Source: Sporopachydermia quercuum
Lineage: Eukaryota
Direction: 5' to 3'
Assembly (NCBI GenBank): GCA_001599295.1
Contig: BCGN01000009.1
Coordinates: 558,001 to 622,000, forward strand
DNA: 64,000 bases
Part shown: piece by piece, positions 24,034-36,883 of the stretch
Layout of the letters: the number at the start of each line of letters is the position of its first letter
How positions within the stretch are numbered: position 1 is the first letter of the stretch
The notes under the pieces: model-generated
Databases searched by the model: none
What the model was told of the DNA's origin: nothing
Seen by the model: only the letters and a program-made list of their open reading frames with translations
Position numbers and translations under genes: made by a program

Positions 24034-25560
24034 TTAATAAGTATAATCATTTCTAGCGTTAGGATTATTGTTCATTGAAATACCATTATTCACAGTATTA
24101 TTGATCAGTTGATTCTCACCATACTTTCCTATGGGCATTCCAACATTTTGAATCATGCCAATATTGCCATCGCCAATATTAATCAAATGGCCAGTAGCTG
24201 CAGGCACTCCAGTTGGACCACCATTTAATCCATTCATAGGCTCATTCCCTTGATCTTCATTTCCAGCACCAACAACTCCTTGTGGCGGTTGCTGTGACTG
24301 CTGTTGATGCTGATGCCGTTGCTGATATCTATAATGATTAGTACGATCTCTTCCCCAGCCACATTTCAAGAATTTACCATTAATAGCATATCCACTCAAT
24401 TGAACAATGGCCAGGGCAGCTCTTTCATGACTATCGTACTTTACGAAAGCAAACCCTCTATCTGGTTGATACTTAAAATCAACGATGTAACCAAAATTTG
24501 ATAATAATGGTAATAGATCATTCTGACTAGTGTAAGGAGTTAAATTACCAATATAAACAGTTGTCTGCCAATTTGGTGACTGTCTGAGAACCATTTCAAA
24601 CGATTGAGGGGTCATTAAATTAACTCCCATAGGTATTGATGGCACTGTAGGTCCCATCAATGATCTATTACCATGAGGATGATGATTCTGGTGAGGATTA
24701 TTATGTTGATGGTGATGATGTTGTTGATTAGGAGCAACCTTTTGATTAGCCCAGTTACAACGGATTTGTCTTGATCCAATCCAAGCTCGATCCATAGTTG
24801 CCAAAGCATTTTCAGCATCATTTATTTGTTTGAAAGAAACAAATCCGTATCCTCTTGATCTACCAGTTGACATGTCCCACATGACATGAGCTTCAATTAT
24901 AGAAGGGAACTTAGCAAACGATTTATATAGTAACTCGTCGTTAACATCAACAGAAAGATCACCTACAAATACATTGAACACATCAACTTCGTATTTAGTT
25001 TGCTGGGTTTGATAGGCATAATTGATCACTATTTCTGTTTGATTCAAATGTCTTTTATTGAGGGTATGGAGAGCCAATTCTGCTCCATTCATATCTCCAT
25101 ATTCAATGAATGCATAGTTAAATCCAATTCTGTTCTTATCGGGAAAGATTTTAATAGAAAGTACTTCACCAGTAACTGAGAATAAATCCCTGAGCATTTG
25201 TTCAGTTACGTTATGATCAATACCTCCGACGTAAAGGATTTTCCTGTTCAGTTCTCTGCCGCCTTTTGTCGCTGAGATTGGAGTTGCTGGACGAGCATTT
25301 GGATTCGACGAAACATTACTAGGTGTGTTATTCGTTGTAGTACTAGAAGCAGTATTAGAGGTATTATCTGTATTAGAAGCGGTATTATTACCTGTTGTGC
25401 TTGAACTGGCAGTACTGTCATCTACTGTATCATTTGATTCAATATTCGATTGAGCTGATATTGCGTTCGCTACTGCATCATTAGATTCAAGTACATGGTC
25501 TAATCCTTTATTTGACTCGCCAATATTGATGATTGGCTCACCCAAATTTTCCTCAGTCAT
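24034..25560 (-). CDS. PUB1: Poly(U)-binding three-RRM protein Pub1 (TIA-1 family), 508 aa
   Basis: RRM1 ILYVGG/NYAFIEY, RRM2 VFVGDLS/RSRGYGFVSF, RRM3 TTVYIGN/RGFAFVKY, Q/N-rich tail. Confidence 0.92.
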   Translation of the reverse strand: MTEENLGEPIINIGESNKGLDHVLESNDAVANAISAQSNIESNDTVDDSTASSSTTGNNTASNTDNTSNTASSTTTNNTPSNVSSNPNARPATPISATKGGRELNRKILYVGGIDHNVTEQMLRDLFSVTGEVLSIKIFPDKNRIGFNYAFIEYGDMNGAELALHTLNKRHLNQTEIVINYAYQTQQTKYEVDVFNVFVGDLSVDVNDELLYKSFAKFPSIIEAHVMWDMSTGRSRGYGFVSFKQINDAENALATMDRAWIGSRQIRCNWANQKVAPNQQHHHHQHNNPHQNHHPHGNRSLMGPTVPSIPMGVNLMTPQSFEMVLRQSPNWQTTVYIGNLTPYTSQNDLLPLLSNFGYIVDFKYQPDRGFAFVKYDSHERAALAIVQLSGYAINGKFLKCGWGRDRTNHYRYQQRHQHQQQSQQPPQGVVGAGNEDQGNEPMNGLNGGPTGVPAATGHLINIGDGNIGMIQNVGMPIGKYGENQLINNTVNNGISMNNNPNARNDYTY

Positions 25561-28492
25561 TATTCACTAAAAATATGAAATAAAAGTGCAGATCAGTACT
25601 AGTTATAGAATCAGCCGATCAATCAAGGATAAGCTATTACTTGCCAAAAAAGAATATTTCTTGTTTTTTGTGATAATTAATGCAGAGCAAGCAGCAAAAA
25701 TACCAATAATTATTGCAATAAATCAGTAATCACTTAATACAAAAATCAAATCAGGAAGTCTTCTGATTTTATTGTCGATAGTTCTAAAAGGTTATAAAAT
25801 TGTTCAGTCAATGAACTTCATTAATCTAGCTCTTTTTTGCAGTATAATCCGATACAAGCGAAATGAAAAACAGGAACAATATATAAATAACTAATATTTA
25901 TATTTAATTGTTTTTCCAAAATTCAGTTATTATTTTAGAATAATAAGAACTGGNAATAAAGAAATTTATTATGATGGTAAAGAAGAAAAGAAAGTTGCAA
26001 GGATGGAAGGAAGAAAGTATGGAAAATGAAAAGTTTCATTATGTAAATGAATGAGAATATGGAGACGAAGATGAGAAGAATGGATGAACATACGTTGGAC
26101 AAAAGTATGAGAATACAAGATAAAAATGTAAAGGAAAACGAGAAGAATGAATATATGAATTTTAAATACTATAGGGGATTTATTTTTATTGATCTGAACC
26201 TACTTTTTTAGAACTGTTTAGTTGAAATGTACTATTGGAAATGATTTTTCAAAGGGCCTAAGAAAATATGTTACATGATGAAGGATGAAAGGAAATTGGT
26301 TTAAAAAATCTAGGCAAACTCGGACTGGAACGAAAAAACAAAAATGAGAATGGCTATGTTGAATACAGGCGAGTTGAATGCTCGGATTATTTAAATTTGC
26401 CTACCGTGATTGTTCATTTATGAATGTATGAAAACGAGAATAGAACTGAGAGAGAAAATGAATCATTGAAAGAGAATCAAAAGGAAGAGGCTTGAGAAAA
26501 GTCACGACAAAATGAATAGTATGATGAGATTGTATCGATTCTTAGGCTTAGAAAAAAACCAGTAAAAATAATGTAAGGTAGTATCGGAATAAGAAGGAAA
26601 ATACTTGTATAAAAAACGGCTCCGGATATCCTGTTAAGTAGAAAGTTTGAGAGTACTGGCCAGGCTATGGAAATTATGCTGTGGGACAATTAGAAGACAA
26701 ACAATCAAAACAGTTGAAAAATAAAATAAGATTCAAAATGTCAGAAAATTATTTCTGACGTTAATACGTGGGAAATCGGTAAGTAATAAAGAAAGGAACG
26801 TAAGAGTCAACAAATCTTCGTAATACGGTAGTCTAGATGATGAGACTTGCTATTCTCGTTTGCAATTGACTACCTGTTGACTTTATTTCAGATTTGTAGA
26901 CCAACTGAGCCTGATTGCACATCCGTAGATCCTTACAACTTGCGATTTCACTTGATCTGTCAATACGACGATCAATTCCTCTGTTTTACCAAAAAAAACT
27001 AGTGATTCAAGTAATCAGTAACTCCGATCTCCCAACCATCGGAACTGTAAAAACCAAGTAAATTTAAATTTCTTAATACATTAAGGAATAAGCTTTTTCC
27101 CTAACGTATTTCAATTAATGAGAAGTAAAATGAGAGACTGTTCATTGGTTGGATGTCATGGATATGTCATGAATGTCGGGGATGAGATTGCTGGCCAGGT
27201 AGAACAAAGCGTGCCCATAGAGAAGACAAGCGAGATGTGTGGGAAGCAATAGAAGGGATGAAATAAAACTACAGTGGGTAGAAACAAAAAATCCATATAC
27301 TTGGTTCAAGTTGATAGAATTGCCTACTGTTGTTTGATATTCATTCATTTTGGATATATCTTTTCGCAAAGAGTTAATCCCCAGGTCATACATCTGCCAG
27401 TAGTATGATTCCGGCACCCTTTTCTCATCAACACTTTTTGACATTGTCTTGTCTAAATCAGACTCATATAACCGTTATAGTAATCTTTCATAGTCCCATT
27501 ACCCATACATAACCGACATGCGATGGAAACGGAAACGATATTTTTGCATATGGCAAACCGGAAATAATATCTTGTCACTGTTTAGCTTTAAATGTTCAAG
27601 TAATCACTATTATGACTGAAGCTTTAACATGAACTTACTCAGATATATGACTATTTCGTTCCCTATAAATAACAAGCTACCAAATATAAGAAACAATAAT
27701 TGACATATTTTTGGCTACAATTTCAAGATTATACAAGTAAAAAAAAAGTGCGTTGTGTTTTTATGATACTAGTAAATCTTTTGTTTGCTTACAAAGCCAT
27801 CACGGTGGAAAGAACAAAGTATACAAAGAAGAGTCAATTGTGAGGATCAACCGGTAGGCTGATTGGTATGCAATCGATATACTATATGTTCATTGCCTGA
27901 TATTGAAGACAGACTTGTTCTTCCTGGTAATAAGATAGGATAGCTTCTCCTGGTGATTTTTCAATTTTTCATCAGATTTTGTATAACTTTTCAGCTGGGA
28001 AATCCTATTCATTCTGCCATATTTTTTTTTATTGAGGTATCGTTCTGCTACCTTATCATATGGGCAATACAAATCGTGCACAGTTCGTTGTACAAATATC
28101 AACATCAACTCCAAAAATAGATCTAAAGGAAAACTAGTCACACAATAGTAACTTCTTGTCTGCTTCCAAGGGAAAGAAGAACCTGGATTAACAATTCAAC
28201 TCGATCATTTGAAGCTTTATCATACTTTTGCTCTCATCAGTGCAATACATTATAGTTCATAGTACTACAACTACTGCAATCCCTTGATGCACCAATTAAA
28301 AGGACCTTTGGAGCTTTACCGGACGAAAAGTCTGCTATTTATTTTATTGATTCATTATTTGGTGAACAGCAACCGAAGATACTTTGTCTTATCCACAACA
28401 CCGATTGTTGCATAGGAAGTGGAACCCATTGCTTGTAATTTAGACGATAACAGATCTTTGGCTTACAGCATAAAACTATAGCACATCAACAG

Positions 28493-28707
28493 GTAAAGAA
28501 TCAAATTTTCTTTTTGATTTATTTGATTGCAGATCATAAAATTGATAATTCCTATCATCGCTTAATCTAACTTAATGCTCTTGATTTGCGGAATTCAACC
28601 ATATTCAATAGCGAGTGCAATTCTGTTATCTTTGTTCCATAGCATGAGATCACTATTATTTTCACCTTCTTTTTTCTTCAACTCATGCTAATGTTTGCTA
28701 CCATTAG
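28493..28707 (+). other. Probable 5'-UTR intron of the pogo-derived gene
   Basis: AG|GTAAAG at 28493, pyrimidine tract, branch TGCTAAT (28686-28692), TAG at 28705-28707, 11 nt before ATG 28719. Confidence 0.45.
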
Positions 28708-28718
28708 AATCTATCACA

Positions 28719-30908
28719 ATGAATGCTCACACACCTAGCAACATAGCAGGCAGTAATACACTGCATTCAATCAACTTCACACCTAACAATGAATCACCGA
28801 ATACGCCTGCAACATTACCATTGATAAATTCCTCAGCATCAACGTCAGTATCAAATGCTGTTTTATCTCCTACTACTTCTGGTATCAATGCATCGATTGC
28901 AATATCACCAGAATTTGCAGCAGTGGACTCCACACTAATTGCCCAGCAGATGATATCAGCTAATCATACAGAACAAAAACGACCCCTAGCATCAGAACGA
29001 CATTTCCAGACAACAAAACAGAAAAGTAAACGTTTGAAAAGAAATTCAGCTGAATATCAGGAGAAAGAAAGGAAAATCCTATTAGCTAAGAAGGAATTCG
29101 AGGAATCTGGTAGGAAAATACCAGTAAGGCATCTTTCAGCGAAATATTCAATAGCAAAATCTTCATTGTATGATAGGCTGAAGCTGAAGAATCCATCAAA
29201 GAGCTATTTGGAAGCTCATGAGAAACAACAGAAGCTAAGAAAAGTAGAAGAAGAATTGCTGATGTATTATATAGAGTGCCAGCTATGTGTGTCTATGAGA
29301 CCTACTAAGGCTGTTCTGGAGAGTTTAGCAGAAGATATCCTGCTTATTAGAAACAGACGTTATGGGCAGTGCAAGGAACATAGAGAGAATGAAGAACATA
29401 CTGAAAATGAGGATGCTATAAGAAAGATATATGATGCTAGTAGCAAAGAAAACATCGACGAACTGAATAATATCGAAAATGCTGAAAATGACAAAGGTAG
29501 CATTGATTCCAATGGTTATACAGCCAGGACAAAAGTAGNCGTTGATAGTGAATTACTGGATATTTCTAATAGTCTGAATGATGTTGGTGCAATGACGTCG
29601 CCATCTAATTCCAACGATCAAATTGATAACGCTGGTAGTGCCAATGACAAGAATATTACTAATACAAATGGCTCAGGTGATGTCAGCATGAATATCAACC
29701 CAGAATTAACATCACTTCCCCATTCTTCCTTCTATATCCCAAGTGCTCCTGTTAGCGAACGAATTGAGCAGGAATCACAAAATGCTGCACTACCCACAAC
29801 AACACACAATCGCTCTTACAATATCTCCAATCAAAGCCCAAACGTCATCACTAATATCAACACCATATCTAACACGCCTACCGCTTGTTCTACCAGTTTC
29901 AACCCTCTGACTCAAATAGGTAAGAATTGGTTCATAAGATTCAAAGAACGGTATCAACGAAGACAATTTGGCCCTGGTTATTTAATGGACTTCCTTTCCA
30001 TGGATACGTACAACGTAACTTGCAAATTAACACCAGAATTGTATATATATTCATGGCTTGAAAGAACAATCAATATGTTTTACATAACTCCGGATCACGT
30101 GATCTGTGTTTATGAAACTTGTGACCTGACCTCAAAGACAAATCAATGTTCCATAATTGAATCTGTGACATTGGAACAAAAATATCTGACACCTTTGTTT
30201 GTGTTCAAAAAGGAAACCAAACGTCAGGACAAAGACGACAATTTCATTAATACTAGAATCTATAGTGAGAATGATGATAATATTAGAGATCAGAACACAT
30301 CAGCAAGTACTGCCTTGACAAACGGTGAGAACACTTCAAATGTCCCTATTATTTACACAGACAGTGGATTTATTTCACCATTACAATCAATCCACTGGTT
30401 AGAAACGGTTATTACACCATACATTACCGATGGGCAACCTACTGTCATTAGTACAGCCAAAAGTAAGAGTACGGTGAATACATCAGCTCCATCAAAGAAG
30501 TATTCGTTATTACTAATAGAAAACTCAATGATAAATATTCTCTCTTCAGAATTTATAGCCAAGTGCAAGGAGTCCAAGATAATACTTTTCTTTGTCTCTT
30601 CGTTCGATCGGTACTTCAAGAAGAATGGTAAAGCAATAGAAAACTTTTGGGACAAGCAACAATCAAAGCAAGTTGGAACAAGCAGTACAAGTATGGATCG
30701 CTCTTCTAGCATAAAGGTTCCTATTCTTTGGAAGTTTTCTTATGGCTTACTTGCAAAGCTCAAGCAAAAGCAGATTCAGCTGTTACTGAATAATGAACAT
30801 GACTATGTGAAGCATTATCTGAGTATACGACGAGCTATTATTGATCGGCAGGACAACATGAGCAAAACCGAATCATCAAGAACTTCTGGTGATTTCCCAA
30901 TTGAATAG
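28719..30908 (+). CDS. pogo/Fot1 (Tc1-mariner superfamily)-derived CENP-B-like protein with degenerate DDE domain, 729 aa
   Basis: psq-like HTH (RHLSAKYSIAKSSLYDRL), CENP-B/Tc5 HTH (QKLRKVEEELL...PTKAVLESLAEDIL...IGKNWFIRFKERY) and DDE_1-like blocks (ITPDHVICVYET, SIIESVT...LTPLFVFKK, SGFI...WLE, LLLIENS...EFIAKCKESKIILF). No terminal inverted repeats seen. Confidence 0.75.
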   Translation: MNAHTPSNIAGSNTLHSINFTPNNESPNTPATLPLINSSASTSVSNAVLSPTTSGINASIAISPEFAAVDSTLIAQQMISANHTEQKRPLASERHFQTTKQKSKRLKRNSAEYQEKERKILLAKKEFEESGRKIPVRHLSAKYSIAKSSLYDRLKLKNPSKSYLEAHEKQQKLRKVEEELLMYYIECQLCVSMRPTKAVLESLAEDILLIRNRRYGQCKEHRENEEHTENEDAIRKIYDASSKENIDELNNIENAENDKGSIDSNGYTARTKVXVDSELLDISNSLNDVGAMTSPSNSNDQIDNAGSANDKNITNTNGSGDVSMNINPELTSLPHSSFYIPSAPVSERIEQESQNAALPTTTHNRSYNISNQSPNVITNINTISNTPTACSTSFNPLTQIGKNWFIRFKERYQRRQFGPGYLMDFLSMDTYNVTCKLTPELYIYSWLERTINMFYITPDHVICVYETCDLTSKTNQCSIIESVTLEQKYLTPLFVFKKETKRQDKDDNFINTRIYSENDDNIRDQNTSASTALTNGENTSNVPIIYTDSGFISPLQSIHWLETVITPYITDGQPTVISTAKSKSTVNTSAPSKKYSLLLIENSMINILSSEFIAKCKESKIILFFVSSFDRYFKKNGKAIENFWDKQQSKQVGTSSTSMDRSSSIKVPILWKFSYGLLAKLKQKQIQLLLNNEHDYVKHYLSIRRAIIDRQDNMSKTESSRTSGDFPIE

Positions 30909-31389
30909 TAGTGCTGGTTTCTGATGTACTACTAAGAATTCTGCCGGTACTTATCCATTCCAGAACTTGAATTGGACAGTCACAAGCTTCATCAGGCTGT
31001 ATCAAATGATTCCACTCATAGTGCAGAGTGAACGAAGACGATCTTAATTAACAGCCAATTGAGAGATATTCAGTGAGTTGTATTATAGGATAAAATCTAA
31101 TTAATTGTAAATGTATGATTGCAGGTAAAAGAAGCATATTCCACCTGGGGTATAATACAATCCCCTAATGTATAAGACGAAAGATGAATTCAAAGATAAA
31201 AAGTAGATACATTTACATTCAAATGAACTATTAAGACCTTTCATATAAACAAGAGCCATGTTGAAAACATGAATATATTCTACCAATACATTATGCTATA
31301 CTATAAGCTGTGTAACTACAGTATACATATTCTTTCTCTATACATCATATGTCACATATTCCTCACCACATCAACCATCTTCTACCTTT

Positions 31390-33162
31390 TTATGCTTTTC
31401 TCTTTCTTGCCTTAGTAGCTCCCTTAGAAGATCCACTGGTTTTACTTTCAGCTTCCTCAGCAGCTTCCTTTTTCTTTTTTAACTCAGCAAATTCTTCTGG
31501 TGAAACCTTGATGGGATTCTCCTCAGTACCTTCTTCGTTAGAGCCAAATACTGAAACAGCAGCACTAAGAATAGCACCCCAGGTGGCAAAAAATAAAGCA
31601 AAAACAATAAGGAAGACCAAAGTGTTGATAGTTGACTCGATTGGCCTTCCAGCAACGACGCCAATAGGGTCAGCACTAAAGTCAACAACCCAATCACAGA
31701 ACTCTCCAAAGAACTTTCCATATACTGGAGAAATTGAATTCAACCAGTTAGTAATCAAACCAAATATAGAATCTCCACTTCCTTCAGAGTTGAATAACTC
31801 GCCAGCAGATTCTGGTGGTGTAATTGGTTCTTCAACAGGTGTTTTAGATTGTCTCTTTTCTTCCGCTTTTTCTAGTTTGAACTTCGGAACAAATGTTTCG
31901 TTTCCAATAAATTCTGCTTGTTCAACTGAATGGCCAAGGTATATATTATCAAAGAGGATATCTGGTTGCATAGTCCATAGTTCGAATCCAATGGCTCCAA
32001 TAGGTTCTAAATTGGAGGGAGTCGTATCTTCGTAGTAATCAGGGTTAGGGATCAACCTTGGAGTCCATTCACCTTTATAATCAGGGTTAGGAATCAATGG
32101 GGGAGTATATTTACCTTTATATTCAGGGTTAATAATCATTGGTTGTTCCCAAACACCACAACCATGATTTTCGCATTCAGGGTTGGGAATATAAGGAGCG
32201 ACCCATTCTCCATCTTCTTCGTCGTCCCAATCCTCTGGTTTCTCAGCTTCAGGATCGATAATATATTCCGGAGCCTCATCATCCCAATCATCAGGTTTAA
32301 CAGCATCTGGATCAGGAATTTCTAGTGGTGCATCTTCATCCCAACCTNCGGGCTTTTCTAGTTTCTCCGGATCAGGAATCATCTCATCATCGACCCAATC
32401 CTCAGGCTTGGTATCATTTATATCTTCAACCTCCTTTGGAGGGTTCAATGAAGGCTTCAAAACACCCTCAACAAGTAAATTTCCAGCTTTCACAACATCA
32501 CCGTTGATTCTGATTTCAAAATCTTGATTTGGCTTGATTATGAGTGTATAAAGTGTAGAAGTATTCACAATACGAGCTGTTGGTGGTGATGATAAATGTT
32601 TTTCTTCATATTCTCCAGTCTTTTCATTCTTACGCTTAACAATGAAATGGACTTTGTTGGTGTAGCCACATTTATCAGGACCAAACATCAATTGGTATGG
32701 AGTATCTCCACTGAATTCCTCTTCATTGTCTATTGAAGACAAAAGTTTGAGATAAGCACCACCACATTCAATACCTTGTTGAAGCTTGACTTCGTATTGC
32801 AATACTAATGTGCCATTAGTATTGTCAAAAGGTTCATCAAGCTTTGCAGAAATAGCATGACGAGCAGCAGGTGTCTTCACAACAAGGCCTAGATCATTCT
32901 TGAATCCTGGCAACACCTTGCTCTCTTCAAATGCCCATTTTCCTCTATATGATAACTCTTCTGGACCATCAGTTGTCATATGATGAGAAGGCTTCCAACG
33001 AGTTTCATATCCTTCGTAGAACTGTTCAAAGAAAGGAGCATCAGGTACTGACAGTGGCTTGAACTCTGGATGCTCTTCCGAACTACCAGCTTCTGCAACA
33101 ACTGTGAAAGCATTATAAGTAGCTGCTAAGATAGCATAAAGCAATGATTGACTTAACTTCAT
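31390..33162 (-). CDS. CNE1: Calnexin, 590 aa
   Basis: Signal peptide, LVLQYEVK...[17 protein letters not shown]-domain KPEDWD and GEW repeats, C-terminal TM and basic tail. Confidence 0.96.
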   Translation of the reverse strand: MKLSQSLLYAILAATYNAFTVVAEAGSSEEHPEFKPLSVPDAPFFEQFYEGYETRWKPSHHMTTDGPEELSYRGKWAFEESKVLPGFKNDLGLVVKTPAARHAISAKLDEPFDNTNGTLVLQYEVKLQQGIECGGAYLKLLSSIDNEEEFSGDTPYQLMFGPDKCGYTNKVHFIVKRKNEKTGEYEEKHLSSPPTARIVNTSTLYTLIIKPNQDFEIRINGDVVKAGNLLVEGVLKPSLNPPKEVEDINDTKPEDWVDDEMIPDPEKLEKPXGWDEDAPLEIPDPDAVKPDDWDDEAPEYIIDPEAEKPEDWDDEEDGEWVAPYIPNPECENHGCGVWEQPMIINPEYKGKYTPPLIPNPDYKGEWTPRLIPNPDYYEDTTPSNLEPIGAIGFELWTMQPDILFDNIYLGHSVEQAEFIGNETFVPKFKLEKAEEKRQSKTPVEEPITPPESAGELFNSEGSGDSIFGLITNWLNSISPVYGKFFGEFCDWVVDFSADPIGVVAGRPIESTINTLVFLIVFALFFATWGAILSAAVSVFGSNEEGTEENPIKVSPEEFAELKKKKEAAEEAESKTSGSSKGATKARKRKA

Positions 33163-33446
33163 GGTGTATGATAAACAACTCGCAAACTAAGTAAGACTCA
33201 AAGCAATTGCCGATTCACCAATTAACACAACGCAATTGAATACCTTAATGGATGTATGCAAATACTTGACTTAAATTATCTGTAAAATGTTATATTCTTA
33301 CACTAATACAATAGTTGTATCATATATGATCATAAATTATGATGAGCATAACTGTCAGTAATAGATGCTACTAGTTGATCTGGTTTATTATTCAATTCTT
33401 ATTGATTAATTCCTTTTCTGTAGGGTTTTCTTTTATGTTCTTTAAC

Positions 33447-33674
33447 TACGTGTCAATTTACGATAAGAGAAGTGACATTATTTCCGAAATTTGGACTGGG
33501 GGTGTACGGGATATATTACTGTTTGGTAGATATATAGAACATGATGATATGTGACTTATATAGAATAAGAAAGACAAGTGATGGATATTATGGTCAAGCC
33601 TGGATTATTTAAGTAAGATAAAAATCTAAAAATTTAAATCTGATCTATTTGTTCGATCGTTTATTATCAGCGTG
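33447..33674. promoter_or_regulatory. Candidate UPR elements upstream of calnexin
   Basis: TACGTGTC (33447-33454, UPRE-2-like) and CAGCGTG (33668-33674, UPRE-1 core), about 285 and 505 bp upstream of the CNE1 ATG. Confidence 0.45.
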
Positions 33675-34813
33675 TGAATCAGTTGATGAACCTTGTCATC
33701 ATATGGAAAAAATGAGTAACACATTTTCGGAAAACATAAGATGCTTCTCCGACGTAATTTTCAGTTGAAGAAACATATCCAGAGAAAAAGATAAGTGACA
33801 TGTGATATAATTAGCTACTATTATCAACTTGACAAGATGATGCCTCTTCTAGTTTAATGCCAACAGTCCAAATTTTCTTTTTCTTTCTGCCGTCAGCTTA
33901 CGTTTTCTGTTTGCAGCCTAGTAAATCTCTTTTAACATACTTATTGAATTACTTCCACCCGCAAGAGCTCATGCCAGAAAAGGCAAAAAAGGGATATTTC
34001 CTTTTTAGGTCATTTTTTTCTACCCCACAAAACAAGTTCGAGTTCATCGGTTTGCTTGATAAAAGAACAAGAAAGGATTCTGATTATAAAAGAATGAGTT
34101 GATAAATTGTAGGTAATAAACCATGAATAATTAGACATAAAGCAGTTGAGCTTATATAGTTTAAATATATATGAACTGACCTAAATTAGCTGTTTTAGAG
34201 AACATCCTGTTAGCACTTCTCTCCATTTGGGGACAACTGGAGTAGAAACGAGAGATAGTTCTCTAACATCAAGAGCAAATAGTTAAGCATTTTTCTTAAA
34301 TAATGGAATCCAGTAAGAGTAGGAGACGTGATCATCAATTGGGTGGCAGCTTCTAACGGTTGCAGCACTGTCTTCTCGTTATTTAAATAGAAGTTAGCAA
34401 TAGTCATAACTGAGTAGTACCGAATAGTACGTATAATACAATGGGCCGGAGATAGAATTACATATCTTGCTTTTATTGCTATATAATATAAACGATAAAT
34501 AGATACACATACTTTTATAACCTAATGTGAAATGAAGACATTCGAAACAAATCAATATGAACAAGGATGATTATCAAAATCAAAATCCAGCCAACACCAA
34601 AATCTTTCGATAAAATACCGTCAAAATGTAATCAAAACATCACTATCTGCACACTCAGAAGAGAAATAACAGATAAATTTGCCAATCAACAGGATCTATA
34701 GATAAACACCCCGAATTGTCTTCCGATATGAACAATCAATATACTATATAAATGGTAATCACCGCTAACTCAATATATCTATTCTTCTTCACTTCTTTGA
34801 GTTCAACATCGTC

Positions 34814-35581
34814 TTACTTGTCTTCCTTCTTTTCTTCTTCTTTCGTTTCCTCCTCGACTTTTCCCTTAAGTTCTTCTTTTAATCCTTCTGCTTCTTCAGG
34901 TTCATCTTCTTCATTCACAAAATAATCAAGAGCACTAGTGAATGATTCTAAAGGTGAAATACCGACCTTACTAACAGCAATCTTACCATCTTTGATAATC
35001 CAGTGTGATCTCACAATACCTTTAGGATTTTTTTTTGCTCCAAGAGGGCCGATCAAATTGTAGTTAGGATCAGATAACAGAGAGTATGGCAACTTTTGCT
35101 TAGTTTGGAAGTTCTTTTGAGCTTTTGGCGAATCAGCAGATAATCCAAATACCTTTACATTCTTCTGTTCAAACTTCGGATAACTATCCCTAAATCCACA
35201 AGCTTGCTATATTAATTGTTAGTTAGTACATTAATCATTCTATATCAACATACTATCCAATCAATTGAGTTAGCAACATACCTTAGTACAACCAGGAGTA
35301 CTTGCTTTTGGATAAGCAAAAATTACAACTAACGGATTCTCCTTAACAACTTCAGTTAAGTTGACTTCATTCTCATCTTCATCTAACAATACCAAATCAG
35401 GTAAACTGTCACCTACAACCAATTTCGTTGTCTTCTTTCCAGCTCCAGTGTTTGAAGAGGAAGCTGAAGCTGAAGGTTTGGCTTTCTTAGCCGGTTTCGA
35501 TGGTTCGACATCTTCAACAGGTTCATCTGTTGTTTTCTTAGCTTGAGCGCTTATTCTTGTTGATCTTCGTAGTGTAGTCAT
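34814..35581 (-). CDS. DOT5: Peroxiredoxin Q/BCP Dot5, 2 exons, 230 aa
   Basis: Exons 35581-35282 and 35206-34814, intron GTATGT...TACTAAC...TAG. The junction restores YPKASTPGCTK|QACGFRD (CxxxxC). Basic LRRSTRI N-terminus. Confidence 0.93.
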
Positions 35582-36831
35582 TTTTGCTGATGATGCAAGG
35601 TTTTGTCTTTATGCTTTTGTTTGCGATGTGTTTCGTTCAGCCTCAACGGCAATTTTTCATCTATTCTCCTCTAGTTCGGTAATCAGTCAATTTATCAATT
35701 TATCAATAAATTAATCAGCAAAATCAGTTACTTTATAACATTTGTTAGTATTTATAATATGCATTCTCTGAAAAGATACACAACACGATATTTCATCTTC
35801 AACCTGTGGTCTTTGCTTTTATCAGTCGAAGTATCACATACATTGATTGTACTTATCGTCTTCTTTATAACGCAGAAACGATTAGCAATAATATCAATTG
35901 ATAGAAACTACTTCCTTTATCAATATTATATTTTGTTTTTTATTTAATGGTTTTCAACCTATAATATATATTTCTTACTGGAATTATTGTTCAATCATAT
36001 AATAATTATGAAATAATTGAGTGAATTAATAAATAAGTGAAAAAAAAGAAGAAAAAATCAGGAGAAAGCTAACAATTGGCACCCTTCAAGGAGCAAGTAT
36101 CGAGTACCCTCATACAAGTTCACTAACAACTATTCTTACATCCATCCATCACAGACTCTTTTTTTTAACCACAAGGACACTTCCTGTTTCTTCTTTCTCG
36201 TTTTCTTATTTTTGTGTATTATACGAATTACGCAATTTGAGGGTAAAAACACTTCTGCTATTTCATCATAACCGAACAAGGGCCTCTTTTCCTGTTTATT
36301 TTCAGCCAATCAGCAAACCAGTTAGCCGACCTATCAATCTATTTTTTTTATGATAACAGACTTTCTTACTTACCATTATGATCAATTTCTTTTTAATTGT
36401 ATTGACTTGAATATTTTATTTCTTCAAGGCCCAGCTTACGAAGAGACCTAATTATCGTAATGTACTAATACACTACAGAGTTCATAGTTCAAATAAGCTT
36501 CGTAAACGTTTTGCATTGGGAACAAGGAGATGTAGATAGTTTAGAGAGCATTTTACAAAGAGATTCAGCTCACTTTTAATATAATTGACTTGATAATGTT
36601 ATATTACACTGAGGAGTTAATGTAAGATTTATGTAGTTAAAAGGATCGTAAACTGAAGATATTTGTTGGCCCGTTAGACCTGGTGAGAGTGAAAACTCAA
36701 AAGGCGGGGAAGGGAACGAACCATACATGAGTTCTCACTACTATCAAAAGAGTTGCTTTTTCCGAGACTTTTCCTGTGCTTTACAAATCAACATCAGATT
36801 CATCTTACTACTTGATTCCTAAACAATAGTA

Positions 36832-36883
36832 GCTTTTGACTACGGCTTTCGACTATGGCTTTCAACTGGAGGTTTCAAATTTG
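36832..36883. repeat. Degenerate 13-bp tandem repeat, 4 copies
   Basis: GCTTTTGACTACG / GCTTTCGACTATG / GCTTTCAACTGGA / GGTTTCAAATTTG. Confidence 0.6.

Noticed and set aside
26837..26915. Box C/D snoRNA-like layout (ATGATGA...TTGA...TGTTGA...CTGA)
   Set aside because: No convincing terminal stem and no rRNA complementarity that I could identify; needs snoscan.
31349..32035. 228-aa antisense ORF over calnexin, and similar shadow ORFs over SIS1, CBF5, SAT4, TSR2 and RKM2
   Set aside because: Explained by codon bias of the real gene on the opposite strand.
34210..34407. 65-aa ATG ORF between CNE1 and DOT5
   Set aside because: No homology cues or splice partners.
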